A DNA stretch of 51,640 nucleotides from Anaerolineales bacterium (GTDB taxonomy: Bacteria > Chloroflexota > Anaerolineae > Anaerolineales > UBA4823), in assembly GCA_020354045.1 (NCBI GenBank), contig CP070639.1:2533738-2585377 (forward strand), written 5' to 3'. Within the stretch, counting starts at the first letter, position 1. Each line of letters opens with the position of its first letter. A program made the position numbers and the translations under genes. Positions 21,327-30,257 of the stretch are shown here, piece by piece. The notes beneath the pieces are model-generated. The model was not told the origin of the DNA. It did no database searches and was given only the letters and a program-made list of their open reading frames with translations.

Positions 21327-21908
21327 ATGAAAATGAAAGACCATAATTCCTATAAAATCCTTTTTGTTTCCATCCTTTTGTTATCGGTCAGTCTGGCATG
21401 TAATTTTCAAGGTCTGACCCGACAAGAGCCAAGAGACACTATACCTGTTTCCACCGAAGCAGTAAAAGAACTTCAAGAAAAATTTGGAGATGCGCTTGAT
21501 AAATTAAATCAAGCTAGCGCTGATGTTACCATAACGATTGATGAAACGGAACTCACATCGCTGGTAACATTTGAATTACAAAAAATTCAGGAACCTAAGA
21601 TCATGGAGCCACAGGTTTATCTTCGTGATGGATTGATCCAAATTTATGCAAAACTTGATCAAGACAATGTCAACACTCCCATTCAATTAATGATAACTAC
21701 CACAGCGGATGAAGAAGGGTACCCACAGTATGAAATCACATCAGCAAAAATGGGGATTATCCCTTTTCCAGGCCCGATATTAAGTCAATTGAAGGCCATG
21801 ATAGACAGCGTGCTGTCTGAGAGAATGCGCTCGCAAACAAACCAGGTGTTCATCCGAGATGTCGAGATTTCCAATGGGTTGATGATAATTCGGGGTGAAA
21901 CCCGATAA
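21327..21908 (+). CDS. Hypothetical lipoprotein
   Basis: Start trimmed to the internal ATG at 21327, because the ORF-track start at 21156 would overlap scpB. MKMKDHNSYKILFVSILLLSVSLAC looks like a signal peptide with lipobox (SLAC). I did not recognise a conserved domain. Confidence 0.45.
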   Translation: MKMKDHNSYKILFVSILLLSVSLACNFQGLTRQEPRDTIPVSTEAVKELQEKFGDALDKLNQASADVTITIDETELTSLVTFELQKIQEPKIMEPQVYLRDGLIQIYAKLDQDNVNTPIQLMITTTADEEGYPQYEITSAKMGIIPFPGPILSQLKAMIDSVLSERMRSQTNQVFIRDVEISNGLMIIRGETR

Positions 21909-22036
21909 GAATGAAAATTCACGGGTTAATGGATTGGGGAAACGCATAAGAATCTGTGGGTACATGAAGAAAGTCTAGAATGAGATTATACCATTCGCAT
22001 TATAACTCCATGCGTCGAGGTTTGTTGACAGTTACC

Positions 22037-23641
22037 ATGAAATACTCAGCCTGGGGATTGACAAAAGTTCTCAGCGGTTTACTGATGCTGGTGTGGTTAA
22101 TTGCCTGCACGCCCCCTCAAGCAACTCAGGCGTTGATTTCGATTGCCATTGCGGTGGATAACCAGGAAATCGATGTTCAATTATCTGCGGGGAGTACGGT
22201 CCAACAGGCACTTGATCTTGCAGGGGTCAACCTAGGTCCGCTTGACAGGCTTGAGCCCGCTGCTTATACCTTGTTGACAGATGGATCCAGGATTTCGATA
22301 ATTCGGGTAAATGAAAAATTCGAGATTGAGCGAGTAATCATACCCTTTGAACAACTGCGCCAGCCGACGGAATTACTTCCGGAGGGTGTTGAACAGTTGG
22401 ATCCACAACAACAAGGCGAGAATGGTGAACAGGAACTTACCTTCAGGGTAGTTTATGAAGACGAGGTTGAGATTTCAAGGACAGCAATTAAATCAACGAT
22501 CATAAAAGATCCTCAACCACAAATCATCTTGGTGGGCGTGAAACCCCTTGCCACACCCATTACGATTCCAGGTCGTTTGGTTTATCTATACAATGGGGAT
22601 GCTTGGCTTATGGAGCAAACTACCACGAACCGTCGTCCGGTGGTAACCGCGACGAATATGGATGGACGCGTCTTCAATTTATCACAGGATGGAGCCTGGC
22701 TCCTGTTTACACAGCATGCAGATAATGAGAATCAGATCAATACATTATGGGTTGGAGATATAGCTTCGGATACTCAGCAATTGATCGATTTAAAAGTCTC
22801 TAATGTCATTCATTTCGCAGATTGGATTCCAGGGTCGAACTCCAAAATCGTTTTTTCAACAGTTGAACCAAGGACGACTGCGCCTGGCTGGCAGGCAAAT
22901 AATGACCTCAATGTACTCACCTTTAGCTCAACAGGCTGGGTCTCCAGCTGGCAGGATTCGCCAGTTCTAGAAGCAAATTCCGGGGGAGTTTACGGTTGGT
23001 GGGGTACAAATTTTAGCTGGGCTCCCGATGCGGAATATTTATCATATGCACGTCCTGATAGTGTAGGATTGCTGGATTATGCAAGTGGTATCCTCACGAC
23101 AACATTAGAAATATCACCGTTGCAAACCCGGGGTGAGTGGGCGTGGGTTCCCGGTTTTACCTGGGGACCAGATGGAAGTGTCCTGTATACGGTTTCACAT
23201 TTACCGCCAGAGGATTCTCAACTTTTTGACCTCATGGCTGTAACTCTTTGGGGAGGTTCTCCGATAACTTTGGTTCCTCAGGCGGGCATGTTTTCGTACC
23301 CTGTTGCTTCACCGGTACAGGAAAGGGCAACAAGCGAGTTATTTTATCAAGTTGCATATTTACAGGCGATCTTCCCTACCCAGAGTGAAACCAGCCGTTA
23401 TCGGTTGGCTGTGATGGATCGTGATGGGTCCAACAAACGCTTCATATTTCCTCCCGAAGGGGAGCTGGGACTTGAGCCACAGAATGTCGTCTGGTCTCCG
23501 GCACCAATCGCGGAGTCGGGCGGGTATGGAATCGCCCTGGTGTACCAGGGAAATCTGTGGATTGTGGATGCTACGAGTGGAGAAGGGCAGCAAATTACGG
23601 GTGACGGGTTGGTAAATAAGATAGCCTGGATATTGCCTTAA
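22037..23641 (+). CDS. Secreted or membrane-anchored protein with DUF348-like and G5-like segments followed by a PD40/WD40-like beta-propeller region
   Basis: Start chosen at the internal ATG (MKYSAWGLTKVLSGLLMLVWLIA TM/signal). VQLSAGSTVQQALDLAGVNLGPLDRLEPAAYTLLTDGSRISIIRV resembles the DUF348 repeat of YabE/RpfB. A G5-like stretch follows, then TolB/PD40-like repeats (YLYNGDAWLM..., GAWLLFTQH...). Confidence 0.5.
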   Translation: MKYSAWGLTKVLSGLLMLVWLIACTPPQATQALISIAIAVDNQEIDVQLSAGSTVQQALDLAGVNLGPLDRLEPAAYTLLTDGSRISIIRVNEKFEIERVIIPFEQLRQPTELLPEGVEQLDPQQQGENGEQELTFRVVYEDEVEISRTAIKSTIIKDPQPQIILVGVKPLATPITIPGRLVYLYNGDAWLMEQTTTNRRPVVTATNMDGRVFNLSQDGAWLLFTQHADNENQINTLWVGDIASDTQQLIDLKVSNVIHFADWIPGSNSKIVFSTVEPRTTAPGWQANNDLNVLTFSSTGWVSSWQDSPVLEANSGGVYGWWGTNFSWAPDAEYLSYARPDSVGLLDYASGILTTTLEISPLQTRGEWAWVPGFTWGPDGSVLYTVSHLPPEDSQLFDLMAVTLWGGSPITLVPQAGMFSYPVASPVQERATSELFYQVAYLQAIFPTQSETSRYRLAVMDRDGSNKRFIFPPEGELGLEPQNVVWSPAPIAESGGYGIALVYQGNLWIVDATSGEGQQITGDGLVNKIAWILP

Positions 23642-23718
23642 TACCATCCTGCTTACCTTGCGAGAATGTAAAATCTTGGGTAGAAAATATATACTATCAT
23701 TCATATAAGGGATAGGCA

Positions 23719-24678
23719 ATGAGAATATTCATTACAGGTGCAGCAGGTTTTTTGGGTTCCCATCTTTGTGATCGACTTTTGGCTGAGGATCATGAAGTGG
23801 TGGGTATGGATAATTTCATCACCGGGAGTCCAGATAACCTGACCCACTTGGCTAACAATCAAAAATTCACATTTATACGCCATGATGTTTCGAATTTCAT
23901 CTTTGTGCCTGGCAAGATAGACGCAGTGTTGCATTTCGCTTCACCTGCCAGCCCCAACCCAAATTCACCCTATGGGTATGTTAACTTACCAATTCAGACC
24001 ATGAAGGCGGGAGCACTGGGTACGCATAATTCCTTGGGGGTCGCTCGTGCGCATGGGGCTCGATTCTTGCTTGCCTCAACCAGCGAAATATATGGTGATC
24101 CGCTGGAGCACCCACAAAAAGAAAGCTATTGGGGTCATGTTGACCCAATTGGGACAAGGTCTGTTTATGATGAGGCCAAGCGATTTGCTGAGGCACTGAC
24201 CATGGCATACCATCGTTTTCATGGAATTGATACGCGCATTGTGCGCATATTTAATACTTATGGTCCAAGGATGCACCTGGACGACGGTCGCGTTGTTCCT
24301 AATTTCTTGCAACAAGCAAATCAAGGCGAACCCCTCACTATCTATGGAGATGGTTCTCAAACTCGCAGTTTTTGTTATGTCGATGATCTCGTGGACGGAA
24401 TCATCAAGCTGCTATATTCCAATGAGCACCAACCGGTAAACATAGGCAATCCAGTGGAGTCTACTATCCTTGAATTTGCACATACTATCAATAGTCTGGT
24501 TGGAAACATGGCAGGGGTGAGTTTCAAGCCCAATCAGCGCGGTGAAGGAGATCCACAACGCAGACAACCAGACATTACCCGTGCTCGCGATGTTTTAGGA
24601 TGGGAGCCACGGATTAGCCTGGAAGAAGGGATAAAACGGACTATTCCGTATTTTAAAAGAAGGATGAATTTAGTTTGA
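23719..24678 (+). CDS. UDP-glucuronate decarboxylase (UDP-xylose synthase), NAD-dependent epimerase/dehydratase family
   Basis: [21 protein letters not shown] Rossmann motif; catalytic YDEAK; high overall similarity to the UXS1/ArnA-decarboxylase type (GMDNFITGS..., IFNTYGPRM). Confidence 0.8.
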   Translation: MRIFITGAAGFLGSHLCDRLLAEDHEVVGMDNFITGSPDNLTHLANNQKFTFIRHDVSNFIFVPGKIDAVLHFASPASPNPNSPYGYVNLPIQTMKAGALGTHNSLGVARAHGARFLLASTSEIYGDPLEHPQKESYWGHVDPIGTRSVYDEAKRFAEALTMAYHRFHGIDTRIVRIFNTYGPRMHLDDGRVVPNFLQQANQGEPLTIYGDGSQTRSFCYVDDLVDGIIKLLYSNEHQPVNIGNPVESTILEFAHTINSLVGNMAGVSFKPNQRGEGDPQRRQPDITRARDVLGWEPRISLEEGIKRTIPYFKRRMNLV

Positions 24679-25148
24679 CAGTACTAATAACGAACCAACG
24701 GGAGCGAAATCGCTTCTTAAAATTTCTTGTAGTTGGTGTCTTTGGCGCAATTGTTGATTTTGGAACATTTAACTTGCTGACGCATGTTTTTTACATCACA
24801 GCTGTACTCGCAAGTATGTTATCGTTCGTGGCGGCAATTGTAAATAACTTTCTGTGGAACCGGTTTTGGACATATCCTGATTCACGTTCAAAGTCGACCA
24901 CTCGCCAATTAATTGAATTTTCTCTTATTAGCGGAATAGGCCTGGCAATTCGCACGCCAATTTTTGCTACCTTGGAGTTCCCTCTTGAGAAGGCTTTTAA
25001 TGCTCTCAATATGTCGTTAATCGACAAGTTAGGTGCGGATTTTTTAGGCCATAACTTTGCCTTGGCAATTGCAGTAATAGTGGTTATGTTTTGGAATTTC
25101 TTTATAAACCGTTATTGGACATATAGTGATGTGGGGATAGGAACATAA
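24675..25148 (+). CDS. GtrA-family membrane protein
   Basis: 157 aa with four TM helices; [22 protein letters not shown] and the repeated NRFWTY/NRYWTY motif are typical of GtrA (PF04138). Overlaps the uxs stop by 4 nt. Confidence 0.75.
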   Translation: MTVLITNQRERNRFLKFLVVGVFGAIVDFGTFNLLTHVFYITAVLASMLSFVAAIVNNFLWNRFWTYPDSRSKSTTRQLIEFSLISGIGLAIRTPIFATLEFPLEKAFNALNMSLIDKLGADFLGHNFALAIAVIVVMFWNFFINRYWTYSDVGIGT

Positions 25149-25202
25149 AAAATCATAATTACAGACCCTGGCAAATTACATAATTAGGGATTATCTGAAC
25201 AG

Positions 25203-25592
25203 ATGAGAGAAATGGAAATGGGGAAAACGAGGATTATCGCAATTTTTACGACGCGCGGGGATGTGGGTGGATTTTTAAGTTATCCATATATATTCAACCG
25301 GGATGGCGAATGGATCGGATGGGTAAATGAACAAAAACAGGTCTACTCAGTTCACGGGCACTATGTAGGTTGGCTAAGCTCTGATCCACGCATTTTGCGA
25401 AAACAATCATCTGGCTACCTAAAACCGATTCACGATCCTCCTCCTCACCCCAACCATCTTTCACCTCCAGCAAGTCTGCCGCTGGCGCCAATGATGGCTG
25501 AGTTACCTATTGGCGTAAATGATGTATTAGGAGAAAGACCGGAGCTAATGCCTGCGGTAGATTTTGGGGATCTACGTGATGATATGGATTAA
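25203..25592 (+). CDS. Hypothetical protein (129 aa, His/Trp-rich, Pro-rich tail)
   Basis: ORF immediately upstream of the thioesterase (5-bp gap). Internal pseudo-repeat GEWIGWV / GHYVGWL. No family recognised. Confidence 0.4.
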   Translation: MREMEMGKTRIIAIFTTRGDVGGFLSYPYIFNRDGEWIGWVNEQKQVYSVHGHYVGWLSSDPRILRKQSSGYLKPIHDPPPHPNHLSPPASLPLAPMMAELPIGVNDVLGERPELMPAVDFGDLRDDMD

Positions 25593-25597
25593 GGGAA

Positions 25598-26077
25598 ATG
25601 AAATCCAGGCCTGGTAAAAAAGTCAGCGAATCACGAATAACGATTGCACAATTAATGCAACCTGAGCATGCCAATAATCTGGGTAATGTGCATGGAGGTT
25701 GGATTATGAAATTGGTTGACGAGGCAGGTGCTTTAGCTTGCATGCGACATGCCCAAAGTAGAGTGGTTACCGTCGCAGTTGACCAAATGATATTTCGCCA
25801 ACCTATCCGAATCGGCGATCTTGTCACCTTATCTGCAGAAGTCAGTTATGTTGGTCGTACTTCTCTCGAGGCCGAGGTGCAAGTCATTGCTGAAAATCCG
25901 GTCACCCAAGAAAATAAGCACACCAACACAGCCTATGTAGTGTATGTTGCCATGGATGAACTAGGCAAGTCTGTAATTGTGCCGCCCCTGATACCAGAAA
26001 CGGAAGAGCAGCGAATTCGTATGGAACAAGGTAGAAAACGGCAAGAATATCGCTTGCGACAAAGATACAAAGAATAA
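25598..26077 (+). CDS. Acyl-CoA thioesterase (hotdog fold, YciA-like)
   Basis: RITIAQLMQPEHANNLGNVHGGWIMKLVDEAGALAC...VTVAVDQMIFRQPIRIGDLV matches the acyl-CoA hydrolase hotdog family. Confidence 0.75.
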   Translation: MKSRPGKKVSESRITIAQLMQPEHANNLGNVHGGWIMKLVDEAGALACMRHAQSRVVTVAVDQMIFRQPIRIGDLVTLSAEVSYVGRTSLEAEVQVIAENPVTQENKHTNTAYVVYVAMDELGKSVIVPPLIPETEEQRIRMEQGRKRQEYRLRQRYKE

Positions 26078-26109
26078 AGCTTTATGAAGTAGGTGAAAAA
26101 CAGTGCAAC

Positions 26110-27327
26110 ATGGAAAATCACGAAGAAACAAAAGTTGATCTGAAAGATCGAGTTGTTGGACAATCCAATACCACTGAAGAACCCGCTGTGCAGGTGCGTT
26201 CCCTCAAGGAATTGTTAGATAGAGTTACGGGAAGGGACGTAAAAACCCAGCGCCTACCAGAAGAATCCGGATTAGCGGAAATACTGCCCTTTCCATTCCT
26301 TGCTCTTGTAGGTCAACCAGAGATGAAGCTGGCATTGTTGCTTTCACTAATCAATCCGGCTATCGGAGGGGTGTTGTTAATTGGACCACGCGGAACGGGA
26401 AAGACTACTGCTGTGCGAAGTTTGACTGAGTTACTTCCCGAGGTTCCACGTAGTTTGTGCTACTACGGGTGTTTACCAGAAGATATAGAATCAGGTGGTC
26501 AAAATGCCGTTTGCCCCGACTGTGCGCGGAAATTTGCCGAAGGTGAGCAGTTGTTTAAAATGGACAAGGTGCGGCTGGTGGAATTGCCTTTGAATGCCGG
26601 TTTGGAGGATGTTATTGGTGGAGTGGATGAAAGGGCGGCCATTCAAAATAGATTCCGCATGCACAAAGGTCTATTAGCTCAAGCAGATCATAATATATTG
26701 TACGTCGATGAAGTAAATTTGCTACAAGATGAAGTGGTGGATGCTTTGTTGGATGCAGCTGCTCAAGGCAAGTATACGGTCAGACGGGGTCCCATAGCAG
26801 CAACTTATCATTCCCGTTTCGTCTTAATCGGGTCAATGAACCCAGAAGAGGGCAACCTGCGCCCACAAATCCTGGATCGCTTTGGATTGCGGGTGATTGT
26901 ACGCGGTTTGGAGGCTCACGAAGAGCGCCTGGAAGCATATCGCAGGGTGCAGTCGTATATTGCTCAACCTCGCCATATTGTAGAACAATTTTCTCTCGAA
27001 ACTGAAATTGCTCAGGCCGAAATTCAAGCGGCGCGGAACATTTTACCTGAGGTGAAATTGACTGATGAAGTTGCCAATGATGGATTGAGATTGATCAGCG
27101 ATCTGCATGTTGACTCGTTACGCGCTGAGATCACTTTATTTGAAGCGGCAAGGGCACATGCGGCTGGGGATAACAGATACACAGTCACTCATGAAGACTT
27201 GCGTGTCGTAGCTCCTATGGCTTTACGTCTAAGACGTTCAAAGTTTATTAAGGAGTTTTTTGAGCTTCAAAATTCTGAAGATGCTGAATTGTCGGTAATG
27301 CTAGAAAGCGTGATATCTACAACCTGA
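26110..27327 (+). CDS. AAA+ ATPase of the Mg-chelatase ChlI/BchI family, with an inserted Cys4 zinc ribbon
   Basis: Strong ChlI-like blocks: FPFLALVGQPEMKLALLLSLINPAIGGVLLIGPRGTGKTT (Walker A), ILYVDEVNLLQDEVVDALLDAAAQG (Walker B), RFVLIGSMNPEEGNLRPQILDRFGL (sensor/arginine finger). Between Walker A and the Walker B region sits CYYGC...CPDC. Confidence 0.8.
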   Translation: MENHEETKVDLKDRVVGQSNTTEEPAVQVRSLKELLDRVTGRDVKTQRLPEESGLAEILPFPFLALVGQPEMKLALLLSLINPAIGGVLLIGPRGTGKTTAVRSLTELLPEVPRSLCYYGCLPEDIESGGQNAVCPDCARKFAEGEQLFKMDKVRLVELPLNAGLEDVIGGVDERAAIQNRFRMHKGLLAQADHNILYVDEVNLLQDEVVDALLDAAAQGKYTVRRGPIAATYHSRFVLIGSMNPEEGNLRPQILDRFGLRVIVRGLEAHEERLEAYRRVQSYIAQPRHIVEQFSLETEIAQAEIQAARNILPEVKLTDEVANDGLRLISDLHVDSLRAEITLFEAARAHAAGDNRYTVTHEDLRVVAPMALRLRRSKFIKEFFELQNSEDAELSVMLESVISTT

Positions 27328-27357
27328 GCTGGTAACATTTATTGGAGACGTATCTAT

Positions 27358-28332
27358 ATGAATCATAGAGAACGAATAGAAGCTTGTCTTGAGGGAAACC
27401 CAGCGGATAGAGTTCCGGTTGCTTTATGGCGACATTTTCCAGTGGATGATCAGGACCCAACGCGCCTAGCTCAAGCAACACTAAATTTTCAAAATACATT
27501 TGATTTTGACCTGGTGAAAGTAACACCAGCTTCATCCTTCTGTTTGAGGGATTGGGGTGTTCAGGATGTGTGGAAGGGTGCTACTGAAGGTACACGCGAA
27601 TATGTAAATCGAGTAATTAAGGAACCTGATGATTGGGCACGCCTGCCTGTATTGAACCCGACAAGAGGGTATCTCGCTGACCAGCTAGAAAGCCTTAAGA
27701 TTATAACCAGTGAGCTTGGTGATTCAGTTCCGGTGATACAGACTATTTTTAACCCCCTCACCCAGGCAAAAAATTTGTCCGGTCAGCAAAAATTGATATC
27801 ACACATGCGAAAATACCCTCAGGCAGTCCATGCAGGTCTCAAGATTATTGCCGAGAGCACCCGTCGATTTATTGAAGCCCTTCAGCAGAGCGATATTGCA
27901 GGTGTATTTTATGCTGTTCAACATGCTCAACATGGCATGCTAACACCTCAGGAATACCGTGAATTTGGGCGAGCGTACGACCTTGAGTTACTAGAGGCAA
28001 CAAAGAGGTATTGGCTAAATATGTTGCATTTGCATGGCGAGGATATCATGTTTGAAACCTTGGCTGATTATCCAGTTCAAATCATGAACTGGCATGACCT
28101 GGATACTGAGCCATCCCTGAACGAGGGTCTCAAGCAATTTCAAGGGGCAGTTTGTGGAGGTCTAAGGCGTGAGCAAACAATGGTTCTAGGCACACCAGAG
28201 CAGGTAAAAGCAGAGGCAAATCAGGCGATTCAAATAACGAGTGGCAAGAGATTTATATTGGGGACGGGCTGTGTTGTACCGATTACAGCACCTTTTGGCA
28301 ACCTCAAGGCTGCTCGAGAAAGCGTTGAATAA
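27358..28332 (+). CDS. Uroporphyrinogen decarboxylase (URO-D)-like family protein (MtaA/CmuA-type methyltransferase-like)
   Basis: N-terminal RIEACLEGNPADRVPVALWRHFP is typical of the URO-D-like superfamily; ~324 aa. Confidence 0.7.
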   Translation: MNHRERIEACLEGNPADRVPVALWRHFPVDDQDPTRLAQATLNFQNTFDFDLVKVTPASSFCLRDWGVQDVWKGATEGTREYVNRVIKEPDDWARLPVLNPTRGYLADQLESLKIITSELGDSVPVIQTIFNPLTQAKNLSGQQKLISHMRKYPQAVHAGLKIIAESTRRFIEALQQSDIAGVFYAVQHAQHGMLTPQEYREFGRAYDLELLEATKRYWLNMLHLHGEDIMFETLADYPVQIMNWHDLDTEPSLNEGLKQFQGAVCGGLRREQTMVLGTPEQVKAEANQAIQITSGKRFILGTGCVVPITAPFGNLKAARESVE

Positions 28333-28404
28333 TATTTATCGGCTTTGATTGCTAATTAAGCTTGAATCATTTCGATCAGGGGGGAGGTTGGTGATAATGA
28401 GGTT

Positions 28405-28962
28405 ATGGGTGGCTTGAGGGTTATTGCGGGAATAGCGAAAGGCAGGAAATTACGATCGGTCCCGGGGGATATGACCCGCCCAATAACAGATCGAACAAAG
28501 GCAGCTTTGTTTAATATTATTAGTGTCGATATCGTAGGTACTTCTTTTTTAGATTTATTTGGTGGTACTGGTAGCGTAGGGATTGAGGCTTTAAGCAGGG
28601 GAGCTAAATTTGCACGTTTCCTTGACGTTCAGCGAATTGCCATTCAAACAATCAAAACCAACTTGAAGGATACAGGTTTATTCGAGTATGCAGAAGTTAA
28701 TCTCCAGGATGCATTCCAATTTTTGCAAAGCAAGCCGGACCGGGCATTCGAATATATCTATGTTGCACCGCCACAATACAAAGGGATATGGGAAAAAGCT
28801 GTAATCATGATCGACGAGAATTCTTCCTGGTTAACCCAGGATGGATGGGTTGTTGTACAAATACACCCGAAAGAATATAAGAAGACACATTTAACTCATC
28901 TAGAAGAATTTGATCGCAGGGATTACGGTAGTACATGTTTGGTATTTTATAGGCGACCTTAG
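28405..28962 (+). CDS. rsmD: 16S rRNA (guanine966-N2)-methyltransferase RsmD
   Basis: LRVIAGIAKGRKL N-terminus, SAM motif DLFGGTGSVGIEALSRGA, and YVAPPQY (DPPY-like motif IV). Confidence 0.75.
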   Translation: MGGLRVIAGIAKGRKLRSVPGDMTRPITDRTKAALFNIISVDIVGTSFLDLFGGTGSVGIEALSRGAKFARFLDVQRIAIQTIKTNLKDTGLFEYAEVNLQDAFQFLQSKPDRAFEYIYVAPPQYKGIWEKAVIMIDENSSWLTQDGWVVVQIHPKEYKKTHLTHLEEFDRRDYGSTCLVFYRRP

Positions 28963-28986
28963 TCAAATATTCACGGGGTTATAGAG

Positions 28987-30168
28987 ATGGAGATTGAGGT
29001 ACAAATGACAACCTTGCCACTTATCCAAGCTGCAATTCAGAAAGCCTTTCCGGGGATAAAAACAGAGGAAGTTGAAAAAATGGTGCATTCAGGAGAAGTC
29101 CATGCATACCCCCCTCAACATATCCTATGTCAGGAAGGCGCTTTGGAGAAGACATTCTACATTATTCTTGATGGTCGCGTGAAAGTAACCAAGTTGATTG
29201 ATGAGACCGATGTTCGTGAATTATCGATACTCGAACAAGGTGATTTTTTTGGTGAGATGGCACTCATTCACGATGCGCCACGTGCAGCGACAGTAAAAAC
29301 ACTTGGGCCTACAACAGTCCTTGAAATTCGTAAACTGGATTTTGAAAAGTTTTTGAATACGAATTCAAATGTTTCTCTGGCTATTGTGAATCAGGTCAGT
29401 CGTAGATTACGAGAAAACGACGAAATGGCAATTGAAGACCTGCGTGTAAAAGCCAGAGAACTGGCTACGGCTTACCAGCGGCTGGCTGAGCATGAATATG
29501 CACGCACGGAATTTCTCACAACAATAGCACATAACCTGCGCACTCCGCTTACTGCTGCTTATGGGTATATCAAAGCAATTCGTATGGAAATGTTGCAAGG
29601 AGAAGCACTAAAATCAGCTTTAGATGTAGTTGGTCGCAATCTTCAGGAGATCATCTCGCTGGTAAACGATATCCTGTACCTTCAAGAGATGGAATTGATC
29701 CTACTGGATTTCCAACCTACTGACCTCGCTGCAGTGGTGGTTGCATGTGTGGAAAAATATAAGAGCCAAGCTGAAAAGATGAAAGTGAATATTCATCTGG
29801 AAATCGGGAAAGGCATACCTCTCGTCCAAGCAGACTCAAAAAGCATTGAGCGGGTGGTATCTATTTTGCTTGATAATGCAATTAAATTCAGTCCAGAAGG
29901 TGGGGATATGCAGGTAAGCGTATCGGTTGATGAGAAGCAGGTTTGTTTGAGTGTACAAGACTGCGGGGTCGGTATACCTGATGAGGCTTTGCCACGATTA
30001 TTCCGCCGCTACTTCAGGTTAGATGAGGTCAGCGGGCACCTGTTCACAGGCTCGGGATTGGGCTTATCAATTGCCAAACATGTAATGGACCAGCACCAAG
30101 GAGAGATCGAGGTTCACAGCAAGCTGGGTAAAGGCAGCACTTTTACATTACGTTTCAAACGAGAATAA
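28987..30168 (+). CDS. Sensor histidine kinase with an N-terminal cyclic-nucleotide-binding (cNMP) domain
   Basis: cNMP domain FYIILDGRVKVT...GDFFGEMALIHDAPRAATVKT; HisKA H-box FLTTIAHNLRTPLTAAYGY; HATPase N, G1 and G2 boxes (LLDNAIKFS, DCGVGIP, GSGLGLSIAK). The start may instead be the ATG at 29005, which has a better SD. Confidence 0.8.
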   Translation: MEIEVQMTTLPLIQAAIQKAFPGIKTEEVEKMVHSGEVHAYPPQHILCQEGALEKTFYIILDGRVKVTKLIDETDVRELSILEQGDFFGEMALIHDAPRAATVKTLGPTTVLEIRKLDFEKFLNTNSNVSLAIVNQVSRRLRENDEMAIEDLRVKARELATAYQRLAEHEYARTEFLTTIAHNLRTPLTAAYGYIKAIRMEMLQGEALKSALDVVGRNLQEIISLVNDILYLQEMELILLDFQPTDLAAVVVACVEKYKSQAEKMKVNIHLEIGKGIPLVQADSKSIERVVSILLDNAIKFSPEGGDMQVSVSVDEKQVCLSVQDCGVGIPDEALPRLFRRYFRLDEVSGHLFTGSGLGLSIAKHVMDQHQGEIEVHSKLGKGSTFTLRFKRE

Positions 30169-30206
30169 AAAATTGTGCAGGAACGATTGGATAACCGTTC
30201 CTGCAC
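30166..30206. terminator. Putative intrinsic terminator between convergent genes
   Basis: 11-bp stem GTGCAGGAACG/CGTTCCTGCAC with a T-rich tract on the minus-strand side and an A-tract on the plus side. It probably serves the minus-strand SPFH gene and weakly serves the plus-strand kinase. Confidence 0.45.
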
Positions 30207-30257
30207 GCGTTCATCTTGATTTTGCTTGTACAGGATAGAGACAAAACGGGTCAGGGA

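Noticed and set aside
27358-28332. Calling the URO-D-like gene hemE (authentic uroporphyrinogen decarboxylase)
   Set aside because: The length and N-terminus fit the broader URO-D-like superfamily, which includes MtaA/CmuA methyltransferases. Without an alignment I cannot assign true HemE activity, so I kept the family-level call.
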